Source: Pirellulales bacterium
GTDB lineage: Bacteria > Planctomycetota > Planctomycetia > Pirellulales > PALSA-1355
Assembly: GCA_963733035.1 (NCBI GenBank)
Contig: CAVTBU010000005.1
Location: 2,784,001-2,848,000, forward strand
DNA length: 64,000 nucleotides
Reading direction: 5' to 3'
Part shown: positions 52,177 through 61,179 of the stretch, piece by piece
Numbering within the stretch: position 1 is the stretch's first letter
Layout: every line of letters starts with the position of its first letter
The notes under the pieces: generated by a model
What the model saw: the letters and a program-made list of their open reading frames with translations, nothing else
The model's database searches: none
What the model was told of the DNA's origin: nothing
Translations under genes and position numbers: made by a program

Positions 52177-52944
52177 TCAACCGTGCATGGTTAAGCCGCC
52201 GGAGACGCTGATGACTTGCCCCGTGATGTAACCGGCTTCGTCGCTTGCCAAGAACGCCACGATGCCAGCGATGTCGTCTGGCTGGCCAAGCCGCTTGAAC
52301 GGGATGGCGCGTTCCAGGGCCGCGCGGAGTTTTTGTCCCTGTTCCCCCTCTCCCGCAAAGGAAGAAAACAGCGGAGTGTCGGTCGGGCCGGGACAAACGA
52401 CGTTGAGCGTAATGCGAACGCCGGCGACCTCGCGAGCGAGGGTTTTGGTGAAGGCAATCACTCCGGCCTTTGCCGCGGCGTAGACGGCCTCTCCCGAGGA
52501 ACCCACGCGAGCGGCGTCGGAACTGATGTTCACGACGCGGCCGCCTCCCCGCGCGACCATTCCTTTCAGCACCACGTGATGCAAGTTCAGGGGGCCGATC
52601 AGGTTGACGTTGATCAAAGGTGACCAGGCTTCGGGTGAGGTTTCCAGAAAAGCTCCGGCCTGGTCCCATCCGGCGTTGTTGACAAGAATATCGGTTGGGC
52701 CGTTTTGCTGCTCAAGCGCGCTGACAGCCTCGGCGACTGCGGCATATTCGGTGATGTCGACCTCGCGAGCCATGGCGCGACAGCCGGCCCGGCGGAGTTG
52801 CCAGGCCGTTTCCTCACCTGACTCGGCGTTGCGGTCGAGCACACCGACGACGACGTTCTCTTCGGCCAGACGCCGCGCGATCGCTCGGCCGATGGCGCCG
52901 CCCCCGCCCGTGACGATCGCGACCTTGTCTTGCAATCCGCGCAT
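52177..52944 (-). CDS. badH: SDR, 2-hydroxycyclohexanecarboxyl-CoA dehydrogenase-like
   Basis: TGGGGAIG, NNAGWD, SDAARVGSSGEAVYAAAK, CPGPTDTPL, VSGGLTMHG. Confidence 0.78.
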   Translation of the reverse strand: MRGLQDKVAIVTGGGGAIGRAIARRLAEENVVVGVLDRNAESGEETAWQLRRAGCRAMAREVDITEYAAVAEAVSALEQQNGPTDILVNNAGWDQAGAFLETSPEAWSPLINVNLIGPLNLHHVVLKGMVARGGGRVVNISSDAARVGSSGEAVYAAAKAGVIAFTKTLAREVAGVRITLNVVCPGPTDTPLFSSFAGEGEQGQKLRAALERAIPFKRLGQPDDIAGIVAFLASDEAGYITGQVISVSGGLTMHG

Positions 52945-53247
52945 GGCGAGCCCTCAGCGTGCGAACGTGTGAAGTCGATGGACTTATGTTAGCGTCGTCG
53001 GCGCGGGCTGTCACATGGTGAGCCGCGGCCGGGCCACGCTGGCGAATTCGGTCGCGAGAGTAGGCTTCGTGAGCAACCTCAGGTATTGCGAATCGACGTA
53101 GGACCTCCAGCAGCGCGCTCTGATGAATGGCCTCGCACACGGCCAGTCTGCTTGTGTTATTCTGGAGCCTGATTTTGGCACGGGCTGGTTGGCTCCGCGA
53201 CATTGCGATCGTTTGAATCCTGCTGTACTTACCGGGTGAATACTGCG

Positions 53248-54726
53248 ATGCGAATTTGCTTGTTGGCGATTTTTGTTTTGCAACTTGGTGTTGGGCTGGC
53301 TTTTGGCGAGGGGGGCCTGGACGGATTGGCTCGGGCTGCCGCGGGACGGAGCCGGCGGGCTTCGAGTACGGACGAGAACATTGATGCCAATGGCGACGGC
53401 ACCTCGCCGCTGCCCGGCCAGACGCTGGTGGTGGCGGATTTGGATGGGCCGGGCGTGATCAAGCACATCTGGTGTACGGCCGCATCGCTCAATCCGTTTA
53501 TTGGCCGCGCGATGGTGTTGCGCATTTATTGGGACGGGTCCGAACGACCGAGCGTTGAGGTGCCGCTGGGAGATTTTTTTGGCGTGGGGCACGGCGCGAC
53601 GAAGTCGTTTCAGTCGTTGCCGGTGGGCGTTTCATCGTACGGCCGCTCGCGGAACTGCTTTTGGCGGATGCCGTTTGGCAAGCATGCCAAGATCACGGTG
53701 ACCAACGAAAGCGAGTCGCGATTTGGACCGGCGGCGTTTTACTACTACGTCGATTGGGACCAGCTCGACGAGCTGCCCGAGGATAGCTTGTATTTTCATG
53801 CCCGCTATCGCCAGCAAACGCCCGCCAAGCCAGGCGACCATGTGCTGTTGGAGACCGAGGGGCGCGGCCACTACGCGGGCACGGTCTACTCGGCTCATCA
53901 AACCCGGAGCGGATGGTTCGGCGAAGGGGACGACCGTTTCACGATCGACGGCGAGAGCGTGCCTTCGATTCAAGGCACCGGCACCGAGGATTATTTTGGC
54001 GACGCCTGGGGGTTCCGCGAGTTCGCCGGGCCGTATCTCGGCGTGAGCCTGTACGAGGGGCCACTGGTGGGCGATCGGGTGACCGCGTATCGCTGGCACG
54101 TTGAAGATCCGATCCGCTTCAGCAAATCGCTCAAAGTGTCGATCGAGCATCGCGGCAGCGTGTTCACCGAAGAGGGAAAACAGTTGTCGAGTTCCGGCCA
54201 ACGGGAAGATTGGGTCAGTTCCGTGGCGATGTGGTACCAGACGCCCGTGGCAACTTGGGACGAACCGCTGCCGCCGGCGAAGGAGCGCGTGGCGCCCTAC
54301 CAGATCCTGTTGGCCACGGCTCTAAAGTTCGAGGCCACGCCGGACAAAGTCGACAAGGCGCTCGAGGGGGTCACCTTCCGCCCCGAAGTTCCCGACGGAC
54401 GGATCAAATTCGATTTCGACGTGGAAAAGGCCGGGCTGTACAAGGTGTCGGCCATCATGGTCAAGTCGCTATTTGGGAGCCGCTATCGCGTGCTAATCGA
54501 CGGCGAACAGGCAGGTCCCGAGCTCGATCTGAACGGCGAAGCCTATGACTGGCAGGAGTACATGCTGGACCTGCATCGGCTGGAGGCCGGCAAGCACACG
54601 CTCGAGCTGGTTGGCTGCGGGGCTTCGGACAAGCAGCGATCGTTCGGCAAAAAGCAGTACGCAGCGGGCTTGAGCACGTTGCTGCTGCTGCGGATGGAAG
54701 ACATGGCCGGTTACAAGGAGGAGTGA
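53248..54726 (+). CDS. DUF2961 (GH172-like) protein with C-terminal beta-sandwich extension
   Basis: GPGVIKHIW, PLGDFFG, WFGEGD, GTGTEDYF, YRWH..DPIRF, SSVA.WYQ. Confidence 0.88.
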   Translation: MRICLLAIFVLQLGVGLAFGEGGLDGLARAAAGRSRRASSTDENIDANGDGTSPLPGQTLVVADLDGPGVIKHIWCTAASLNPFIGRAMVLRIYWDGSERPSVEVPLGDFFGVGHGATKSFQSLPVGVSSYGRSRNCFWRMPFGKHAKITVTNESESRFGPAAFYYYVDWDQLDELPEDSLYFHARYRQQTPAKPGDHVLLETEGRGHYAGTVYSAHQTRSGWFGEGDDRFTIDGESVPSIQGTGTEDYFGDAWGFREFAGPYLGVSLYEGPLVGDRVTAYRWHVEDPIRFSKSLKVSIEHRGSVFTEEGKQLSSSGQREDWVSSVAMWYQTPVATWDEPLPPAKERVAPYQILLATALKFEATPDKVDKALEGVTFRPEVPDGRIKFDFDVEKAGLYKVSAIMVKSLFGSRYRVLIDGEQAGPELDLNGEAYDWQEYMLDLHRLEAGKHTLELVGCGASDKQRSFGKKQYAAGLSTLLLLRMEDMAGYKEE

Positions 54727-54922
54727 GGGGCCATGCTATGCAAAGTGCGCATGCACATTGCGGGCGGTCTGCGTGGCTTGCGGCTTACAAAAGGGGCATC
54801 ATTGAAGGTGGCACGCGCTGGTAGTCAGTGACGTCACCTTTGGACCCTCCTTTCGCCGCTGTCACCGGTACTCAGCCATGCGTTGGCTGCGCGTGCCTTG
54901 ATCTGGTAACAACGAGAGGAAG

Positions 54923-55654
54923 TCATCGGCCACCAGGCACCAGCCGGCGGTAGCTCAGCAGTAGAAGGGCCGTGCCGAGCAGCACGAGCGTCGACGGTTC
55001 TGGAATGTTCGTGACCGTCACGCTGTCGATGAACGACGTTCGATCGCCACCCAGGTGGTTGTTGCCGACGAACCGCAGGATGTGTGACCCGGCGGTTACG
55101 TTGGTGGTAAAGCTCGCCGGCTCGAACACGCCGAGGTTCGGAGTGACCGAACCGAGCAAAGCGTCGTCGAGGTACACGTCGATCGTGTTCGGCCCGAAGT
55201 CGATACTCCTTTGTCGACCAGAGGCCAAAAAGTCGATCGTCGCCGATCCGGCCTGAAAACCGGAAAGCACCTGCTCGATGTAGGCCGAGGTGCTGGAGTT
55301 GAAAGTGCCGTCTCCTCCTTGAATCACACCCGCCTGGCCCGCGGTGCTGGTGACTCCGTCCGCATTGCCATTGGGCGCGTTTTGGACGTCGAAGTTACTG
55401 CCATTGGCGGCAATGCCGCTGCCAGCGGGCGGGAACGTGGGGAGCAACGTACTAAACGTCCAGCCGATGCCGGGCGTGGCGGGATCAATCGACGGCACCG
55501 ACAACGCACTGTAGTCGCCAACGTAGCCGTACGCAAAGGTACCGCTCCCTTGGTCAGGCACTTCGAAGCCGTTGTTTGCAACCGCGATCTCGTTAGCCGG
55601 AGCGTAAGCTGCAATTCCCGCGCTGAACAAAAGAGCCAGGAATGTTGTGCGCAC
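54923..55654 (-). CDS. PEP-CTERM protein
   Basis: AAGGAG then GTG start; signal peptide, NNGFE.P, IPEPST-TM-RR. Confidence 0.85.
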   Translation of the reverse strand: MRTTFLALLFSAGIAAYAPANEIAVANNGFEVPDQGSGTFAYGYVGDYSALSVPSIDPATPGIGWTFSTLLPTFPPAGSGIAANGSNFDVQNAPNGNADGVTSTAGQAGVIQGGDGTFNSSTSAYIEQVLSGFQAGSATIDFLASGRQRSIDFGPNTIDVYLDDALLGSVTPNLGVFEPASFTTNVTAGSHILRFVGNNHLGGDRTSFIDSVTVTNIPEPSTLVLLGTALLLLSYRRLVPGGR

Positions 55655-55896
55655 TAGCGGTTCTCCTTGCACAAAGGGAGTGAACCAGTCACATCGACAA
55701 CTTCTTTACCGACATTTTCGGTTTGGACCGAGCATGGAATCGATCCAGCCTCGCAACAGCCACGGTTGTAACGACGCCTGCTTCCCGCGTCCAGCGTTTC
55801 CGTCGCATTTTGTCAAACCGCCCCGGCATCATGCCCGCGTGGCTGGAAACGTGCCAGCTTTGCGGGCGTAGCGTCCTCATCATGACGCGCGGACTG

Positions 55897-56106
55897 CTAC
55901 CGCAACGACTCTCCGCGAACGTAGAGCTGGAGGTTGCCGCACTGGTCGCACCTGCGGGCATGGACTTGCTGGCCGGCTGGTTTGCGAGCGTCTGGGAAAG
56001 TCTTGACGAACTGCATCTGGCCGAGCGTAGGGACTTCGCCGTCCGTGAATTGCTGTCCGCCGCAGTAGGGACAAGCGGGGCGGTCTGGTTCAGTGTGGTC
56101 GCTCAT
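55897..56106 (-). CDS. Small zinc-ribbon protein
   Basis: CPYCGG ... CDQCGNLQLY. Confidence 0.6.
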   Translation of the reverse strand: MSDHTEPDRPACPYCGGQQFTDGEVPTLGQMQFVKTFPDARKPAGQQVHARRCDQCGNLQLYVRGESLR

Positions 56107-56158
56107 GGGCGCCAATATAGCCGGTGGAGAGCTTCCCGTGGAAACGGTCCGCGACGCG

Positions 56159-57067
56159 TCAACGCGGATCCACGGCCCGATAGGCTTCGATCACTGCGAG
56201 CTCACCCTTGGCACCGGGCTGCGCGTTGCCGTGTTCCATGCCGACGATGCCTTGGTAGCCGCGCTGGTGCAGGTGGCGGAAGACGTGGGCATAGTTGATT
56301 TCGCCGGTCCCCGGTTCGTTGCGGCCGGGAGTGTCGCCGACTTGGAAGTAGGGGGTCTCGTTCCAGCAGCGGTCGACGTTGCCGATGAGGTTCCCCTCGC
56401 TGATCTGCTCGTGATAGACGTCGAACAGGATCTTGCACGAGGGACGGTTGACGGCGCGGCAGATGGTGTTGGCCTGCGAGGCCTTCCAGAGGAACTTGCC
56501 GGGATGGTCGACCAGGCGGTTGAGCGGTTCGATCACCAGCACCAGGTTGTGCGGCTCGACCACGTCGCAGCAGCGCCTGAGCAGGTCGATGGCTAGCGCC
56601 GTCTGGTACTCGTCGGCGAGCTTCGGGTTCACGTCGCCCAGCACGGCGGTGAGCCAGGTGGCGTTCACGCGGCGGGCCACGTCGACGACGCTTTCGATCC
56701 CGTGGAGCACGCCGTCGCGCACCGAGGCGTCCTCGCTGGTGAAGCTGGGCTTGTCGCTCGTGCCGCGGGTGGCCGAGATGACGCCCATCTTGATGTTGAG
56801 CCGCTGCATGGCCGCGGCGATTCGCTCCTGCTCGGCAACCGGGCGGCTCTTCATGCCGTTGTCTTCCCAGGCGCGAAAGCCACTGTCGGCGGCGAATTTC
56901 AGCTGATCGACCAGGTCGAGCCCGGCCGAATGCCGGAACATGCCGAAGTGGGGTGCGTAGTCGAGCGTGAAGGGTTTGCCTTCGGCCGCGCGGGCGGCGG
57001 GCAACGGGCCAAGCGCCGCGGCGGCGCCCAGCGCACTCGAGCGAAGCAGGAAATCTCGACGGTTCAT
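56159..57067 (-). CDS. Hydroxypyruvate-isomerase-like TIM barrel, Tat-exported
   Basis: NRRDFL, IEPLN..DHPG, FDVYHEQI.EG, DTPGRNEPGTGEINY. Confidence 0.88.
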   Translation of the reverse strand: MNRRDFLLRSSALGAAAALGPLPAARAAEGKPFTLDYAPHFGMFRHSAGLDLVDQLKFAADSGFRAWEDNGMKSRPVAEQERIAAAMQRLNIKMGVISATRGTSDKPSFTSEDASVRDGVLHGIESVVDVARRVNATWLTAVLGDVNPKLADEYQTALAIDLLRRCCDVVEPHNLVLVIEPLNRLVDHPGKFLWKASQANTICRAVNRPSCKILFDVYHEQISEGNLIGNVDRCWNETPYFQVGDTPGRNEPGTGEINYAHVFRHLHQRGYQGIVGMEHGNAQPGAKGELAVIEAYRAVDPR

Positions 57068-57117
57068 GGCAGACTCATGGATGTGATATCAAGAGAGCAA
57101 CGTCAACACGGCGGGCT

Positions 57118-58497
57118 TCACACGTCGCGCTCGATGCCCGGCATCGGCAGCTTGTAGAGACCATGTTCGTCGGGCAGGGTGAGCGGCAGCGTATCCCAAT
57201 CGGCAATCTTCTCAGGTGCGAGCGCTCGGGTACTGCCGAAGCCTTCCTCCCAGGTGACCGTGCGGCCGCTGTAGGTGGCCATGCGGCCGAGAATGGCGGT
57301 CATGGTGGCCGTGGCGCCGGTTGCCGCTTCGTTGTAGGGCGTGCCCTGGCGGATGGCGGCGAACAAGTCGTCGTGCTCGACCTGGTAAGGGTTACCAGCT
57401 TCTGATTTCTCGCCCCGCCGGGTGCGCGGGTAGCGCCACTGGCCGTCGGTCGATTGGATCTGGAATCCGCCGACGTCGGAGCGGCCCCGCGAACCAACGG
57501 CGAACTCGCCCACCAAGGGTTCGCAGCCCGGCATCTGGCGGCAGTAGCTGAACATCTTCGTGCCGCCCGGATAGGTGAACTCGACGGCATGATGATCGAA
57601 GATATCGCCGTAGTCCTTGCCGACGCGCATCAACCGCCCGCCCATGCCGAGCGCCTTTTCGGGATGATCGCCCAAGAGCCAGTTGCAGACGTCGAGGTTG
57701 TGGACGTGCTGCTCGACGATGTGATCGCCGCTGAGCCAGTGGAAGAAGTACCAGTTGCGAACCTGGTACTCCAGCTCCGTGAGATCCTTGTGATCGACGG
57801 GGCGCTTGATCGTGCCGCCGTTCCAATAGCAGTGCAGGGTGTGGATGTCGCCGATCGCGCCGTCACGCAGGCGGCCGATCGTTTCCAGGTAGCGGGTGTC
57901 GTGATGGCGCTGGAGGCCGACGCCAACTTTGAGTCCCTTGTCGTCGGCCGTTTCGGCGGCGGCCAGAATGCGGCGCACGCCGGGCGCGTCGGTGGCCACG
58001 GGCTTTTCCATGAACACGTGTTTGCCGCGGCTGACGGCGTATTCGAAGTGCTCGGGTCGAAAGCCGGGGGGCTGGCAGAGCAGCACGACGTCGGCCGAGT
58101 CGATGGCATGCCGGTAGGCGTCGAGTCCGACAAACTGCCGCTCGGCGGGCACCTCGACGCGCTTGGCCACCGAGGCGGGCACGGCGCCACCCGACGCGCG
58201 GCCGCCGCTTTGCAATGTTTTCAAACTCATGTCGAGCCGGTCGCGAAAGGCATCGGCCATGGCCCACAGCTTGACGGGCCCAGCGGTTTGCAGGGCATTG
58301 GCCGCGGCGCCGGTGCCGCGATTGCCGCAGCCCACCAGGGCGATCTTGAGCACCTCATCGCCAGCCGCGTGTACCGGCTGTGCAAGCGCCGTTAGCGAGG
58401 CGGCGGCGATCGCGGTGGACGAGGTTTGCAGAAAGCGGCGGCGCGACGAGCGAGCGTCGCTAGTGACCGAAGGGTCACTCTTGGAGGAGCCATTCAT
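57118..58497 (-). CDS. Gfo/Idh/MocA oxidoreductase, Tat-exported
   Basis: SRRRFL, VGCGNRGTGA, FMEKPVA, SGDHIVEQHVHNLD. Confidence 0.92.
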   Translation of the reverse strand: MNGSSKSDPSVTSDARSSRRRFLQTSSTAIAAASLTALAQPVHAAGDEVLKIALVGCGNRGTGAAANALQTAGPVKLWAMADAFRDRLDMSLKTLQSGGRASGGAVPASVAKRVEVPAERQFVGLDAYRHAIDSADVVLLCQPPGFRPEHFEYAVSRGKHVFMEKPVATDAPGVRRILAAAETADDKGLKVGVGLQRHHDTRYLETIGRLRDGAIGDIHTLHCYWNGGTIKRPVDHKDLTELEYQVRNWYFFHWLSGDHIVEQHVHNLDVCNWLLGDHPEKALGMGGRLMRVGKDYGDIFDHHAVEFTYPGGTKMFSYCRQMPGCEPLVGEFAVGSRGRSDVGGFQIQSTDGQWRYPRTRRGEKSEAGNPYQVEHDDLFAAIRQGTPYNEAATGATATMTAILGRMATYSGRTVTWEEGFGSTRALAPEKIADWDTLPLTLPDEHGLYKLPMPGIERDV

Positions 58498-58639
58498 GGC
58501 GCATGCTCCCAGAAGGATGTACGATTGGCGGCTTGGCGCAGGCCAACGAGGCGGTGCGTCGTGGAACGCGGTTGCAGGCCATGGAGCGAGTTTATCATCC
58601 TAGCGGCGGAGAATCACCGGCAAGGCAAGAACTTTCGTG

Positions 58640-59261
58640 CTATCTGGCCGAAATCAAAACTTCTGCGACCAGGCGCAGGCCTTGCATGATCATTTCGATC
58701 GAGACGGTGCCAACGTAAAGAGCGGCGATGCGGCCGGCGATTTCGATGTACCGCTGAATCAGTGCGCCATTTCTCGGACGAACATAGTCGTAGGCGGCCT
58801 TGAGCACCAGCACAAGTAACGCCGAGGCGAGCACCGCCGCAAATACAATGACGCAGGCGGTCAGCGGATCGTGCCGTTTGCCCACGATGACGCTGGCGCT
58901 GATCGTGCCGGGGCCGATGAGAATCGGCATCACAATTGCGCCGGCCAGGTGCTGCGACTCGCCGCGCAGAATCGCAATGGCCGTCGTGCCCCGAAAAACA
59001 AACTGCAACCCGATGAGCAGAAAGACAATGCCGCCAAAGATCTGAAACGAGGCGAATTCGGCTTGCACGACGCTCGAGAAGATCACGTCTCCCAAGTACC
59101 GCGAAGCAGCAAAACACGACTCCGGCAATGAACCCCGCGCGAAGCATCACCCGGGCGAATTGCTGCCTCCCAAGCTTCTCCACGACGTCCGTCAGGTAGA
59201 TGATGAGCAGAAACGGGTTCAGCAGTGCAAACAACAGAGCGGCGGATCGGAGCTCGAGCAT
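58640..59261 (-). CDS. MarC family membrane protein; frameshift at about 59093
   Basis: LFALLNPF, FQIFGGIV, MPILIGPGTIS across two frames. Confidence 0.85.
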
Positions 59262-59549
59262 CACGGCATGGTGGGCAGGTGGTTGCTGGCGAATGGAGGT
59301 CGGCAGCGGCGTCACGGCTGCTGGCGCGAAAATCCTCCGTGCAAGCTGGACCCCAGTCTATTCGTTATCCATCACGAACACGAGACGCAAGTTGATGGGA
59401 GACGCGACGAGGGAGGAGGCGTGGTTGCCATGTCCCGGACGAACCTGGCCAGAACCTGGGCCGGTTCGACAGGACTTTTGAATTCGCGCGGCGCTTTGAA
59501 CTAGACTGACGAGCATGAGCGAACTCAGACCCGAGGAGTCGTGCGGATT

Positions 59550-61145
59550 ATGAACCATGTTGCCATCATCCTGGCGGCGAGCCTTGCATACTGCGTGCCC
59601 GCGGTGGCCGAGCGGCCGAACATCGTCATCGTGCTTGTGGACGATATGGGGTTTTCGGACTTGGGTTGCTATGGCGGCGAGATCGATACGCCGAACATCG
59701 ATCGGCTGGCAGCGGGCGGTTTGCGGTTTACGCAGTTTTACAACGCCGGCCGCTGTTGTCCGACGCGCGCGTCGCTACTGACCGGCAGGCACCCGCATCA
59801 AGTTGGCATCGGGCACATGACCGAGCCGCCCGGGCAGCCGCTGGGAATTATCGGACCGTATCAGGGTTTTTTGAACGATGATTGCGTGACCATTGCCGAG
59901 GTGCTCAAGGGGGCCGGGTACCACACGTTGATGAGCGGCAAGTGGCACGTAGGCATGGAGTCGAAAGAGAATTGGCCGCGCCAACGGGGTTTCGACCAGT
60001 ATTACGGCTGCCTGAGCGGGGCCATCAATTACTTTCGGCCGGGCGGCGACCGCGGGATTACGCGAGACAACGAAGCGGTCGAGACCGACGACGCCTTTTA
60101 CGCGACCGATACGTTCACCGACATCGCTTGCCAAATGCTCTCGGACGTATCGCAGGCCGACGACAAGCCGTTCTTCCTCTATCTGGCATACAACGCGCCT
60201 CACTGGCCGTTGAACGCGAAGTGGGAGGAGTATCAGAAGTACAAGGGGAAGTACGCCGCCGGTTGGGAAGCCTTGATGCGCACGCGGCTGGCGCGGCAAA
60301 AGGAAATCGGCCTGTTCCCAAACGACGTCGAGCCCGCACCACACGTCGGCCCCAAGTGGGATTCACTCAGCGAGCGGCAGCGAGTCGACCTGGATTCGAT
60401 CATGGCTGCCTACGCCGGGTGCATCGATTCGATCGACCAGAACATCGGCAAGTTAACCCGCCACCTCGACAGCTTGAGCCGCCTGGACAACACAGTGATT
60501 TTCCTGCTGTCGGACAACGGTGCGTGCCAGGAAGGGGGTCGACTGGGCAAGGGGAACGAGGCGATGGTGAAGCATCCGCCGCTGGAAACGACCGACGGCG
60601 TCAGGCTGGGCTTGTGTTGGGCGAATGCCTGCAACACGCCCTTTCGGTTGTATAAGCACTTTGTGCATGAGGGAGGGTCGCACACTCCGATGATTGCTTG
60701 CTGGCCGCAGGTTATCTCCGCGCGGCGAGCCGGTGGGTTCGTGCGGCAAGTGGCCTACCTGCCCGATTTCATGGCCACTTGCGTGGAACTGGCCGGCACG
60801 CGATATCCCGAACGAGTTGGGCCTTGCGAGGGCGCGTCGCTGGTGCCGCTGCTCGAGGGAAGCTCGGCGCCAATCCACGTTGAACCGTTGTTTTGGGAGC
60901 ACGAAGGGAACGCGGCCGTTCGTTGGGGAAAGTGGAAGCTCGTGCGTGAGTACGAAAAGCCGTGGGAGCTTTACGACATCGAGACCGATCCAACCGAATT
61001 GCACGACCTTTCGACCGGCCATCCGCAACAGCGCGACAAGATGATCGCGGCCTGGCAACAGTGGGCCACAAAGAACGGGGTTGCGTTTCCGAAGCGATTC
61101 AACATGTATGATTGGCTGAAGACGAAGAACAGTGCCAGGAAATGA
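59550..61145 (+). CDS. Arylsulfatase (Cys-type formylglycine)
   Basis: PNIV..DDMG, CCPTRASLLTG, GKWH, SDNG, ELYD. Confidence 0.95.
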   Translation: MNHVAIILAASLAYCVPAVAERPNIVIVLVDDMGFSDLGCYGGEIDTPNIDRLAAGGLRFTQFYNAGRCCPTRASLLTGRHPHQVGIGHMTEPPGQPLGIIGPYQGFLNDDCVTIAEVLKGAGYHTLMSGKWHVGMESKENWPRQRGFDQYYGCLSGAINYFRPGGDRGITRDNEAVETDDAFYATDTFTDIACQMLSDVSQADDKPFFLYLAYNAPHWPLNAKWEEYQKYKGKYAAGWEALMRTRLARQKEIGLFPNDVEPAPHVGPKWDSLSERQRVDLDSIMAAYAGCIDSIDQNIGKLTRHLDSLSRLDNTVIFLLSDNGACQEGGRLGKGNEAMVKHPPLETTDGVRLGLCWANACNTPFRLYKHFVHEGGSHTPMIACWPQVISARRAGGFVRQVAYLPDFMATCVELAGTRYPERVGPCEGASLVPLLEGSSAPIHVEPLFWEHEGNAAVRWGKWKLVREYEKPWELYDIETDPTELHDLSTGHPQQRDKMIAAWQQWATKNGVAFPKRFNMYDWLKTKNSARK

Positions 61146-61179
61146 AGCGCTCGCAGCTCCTCTGGCGGCCCCGGGGGGC

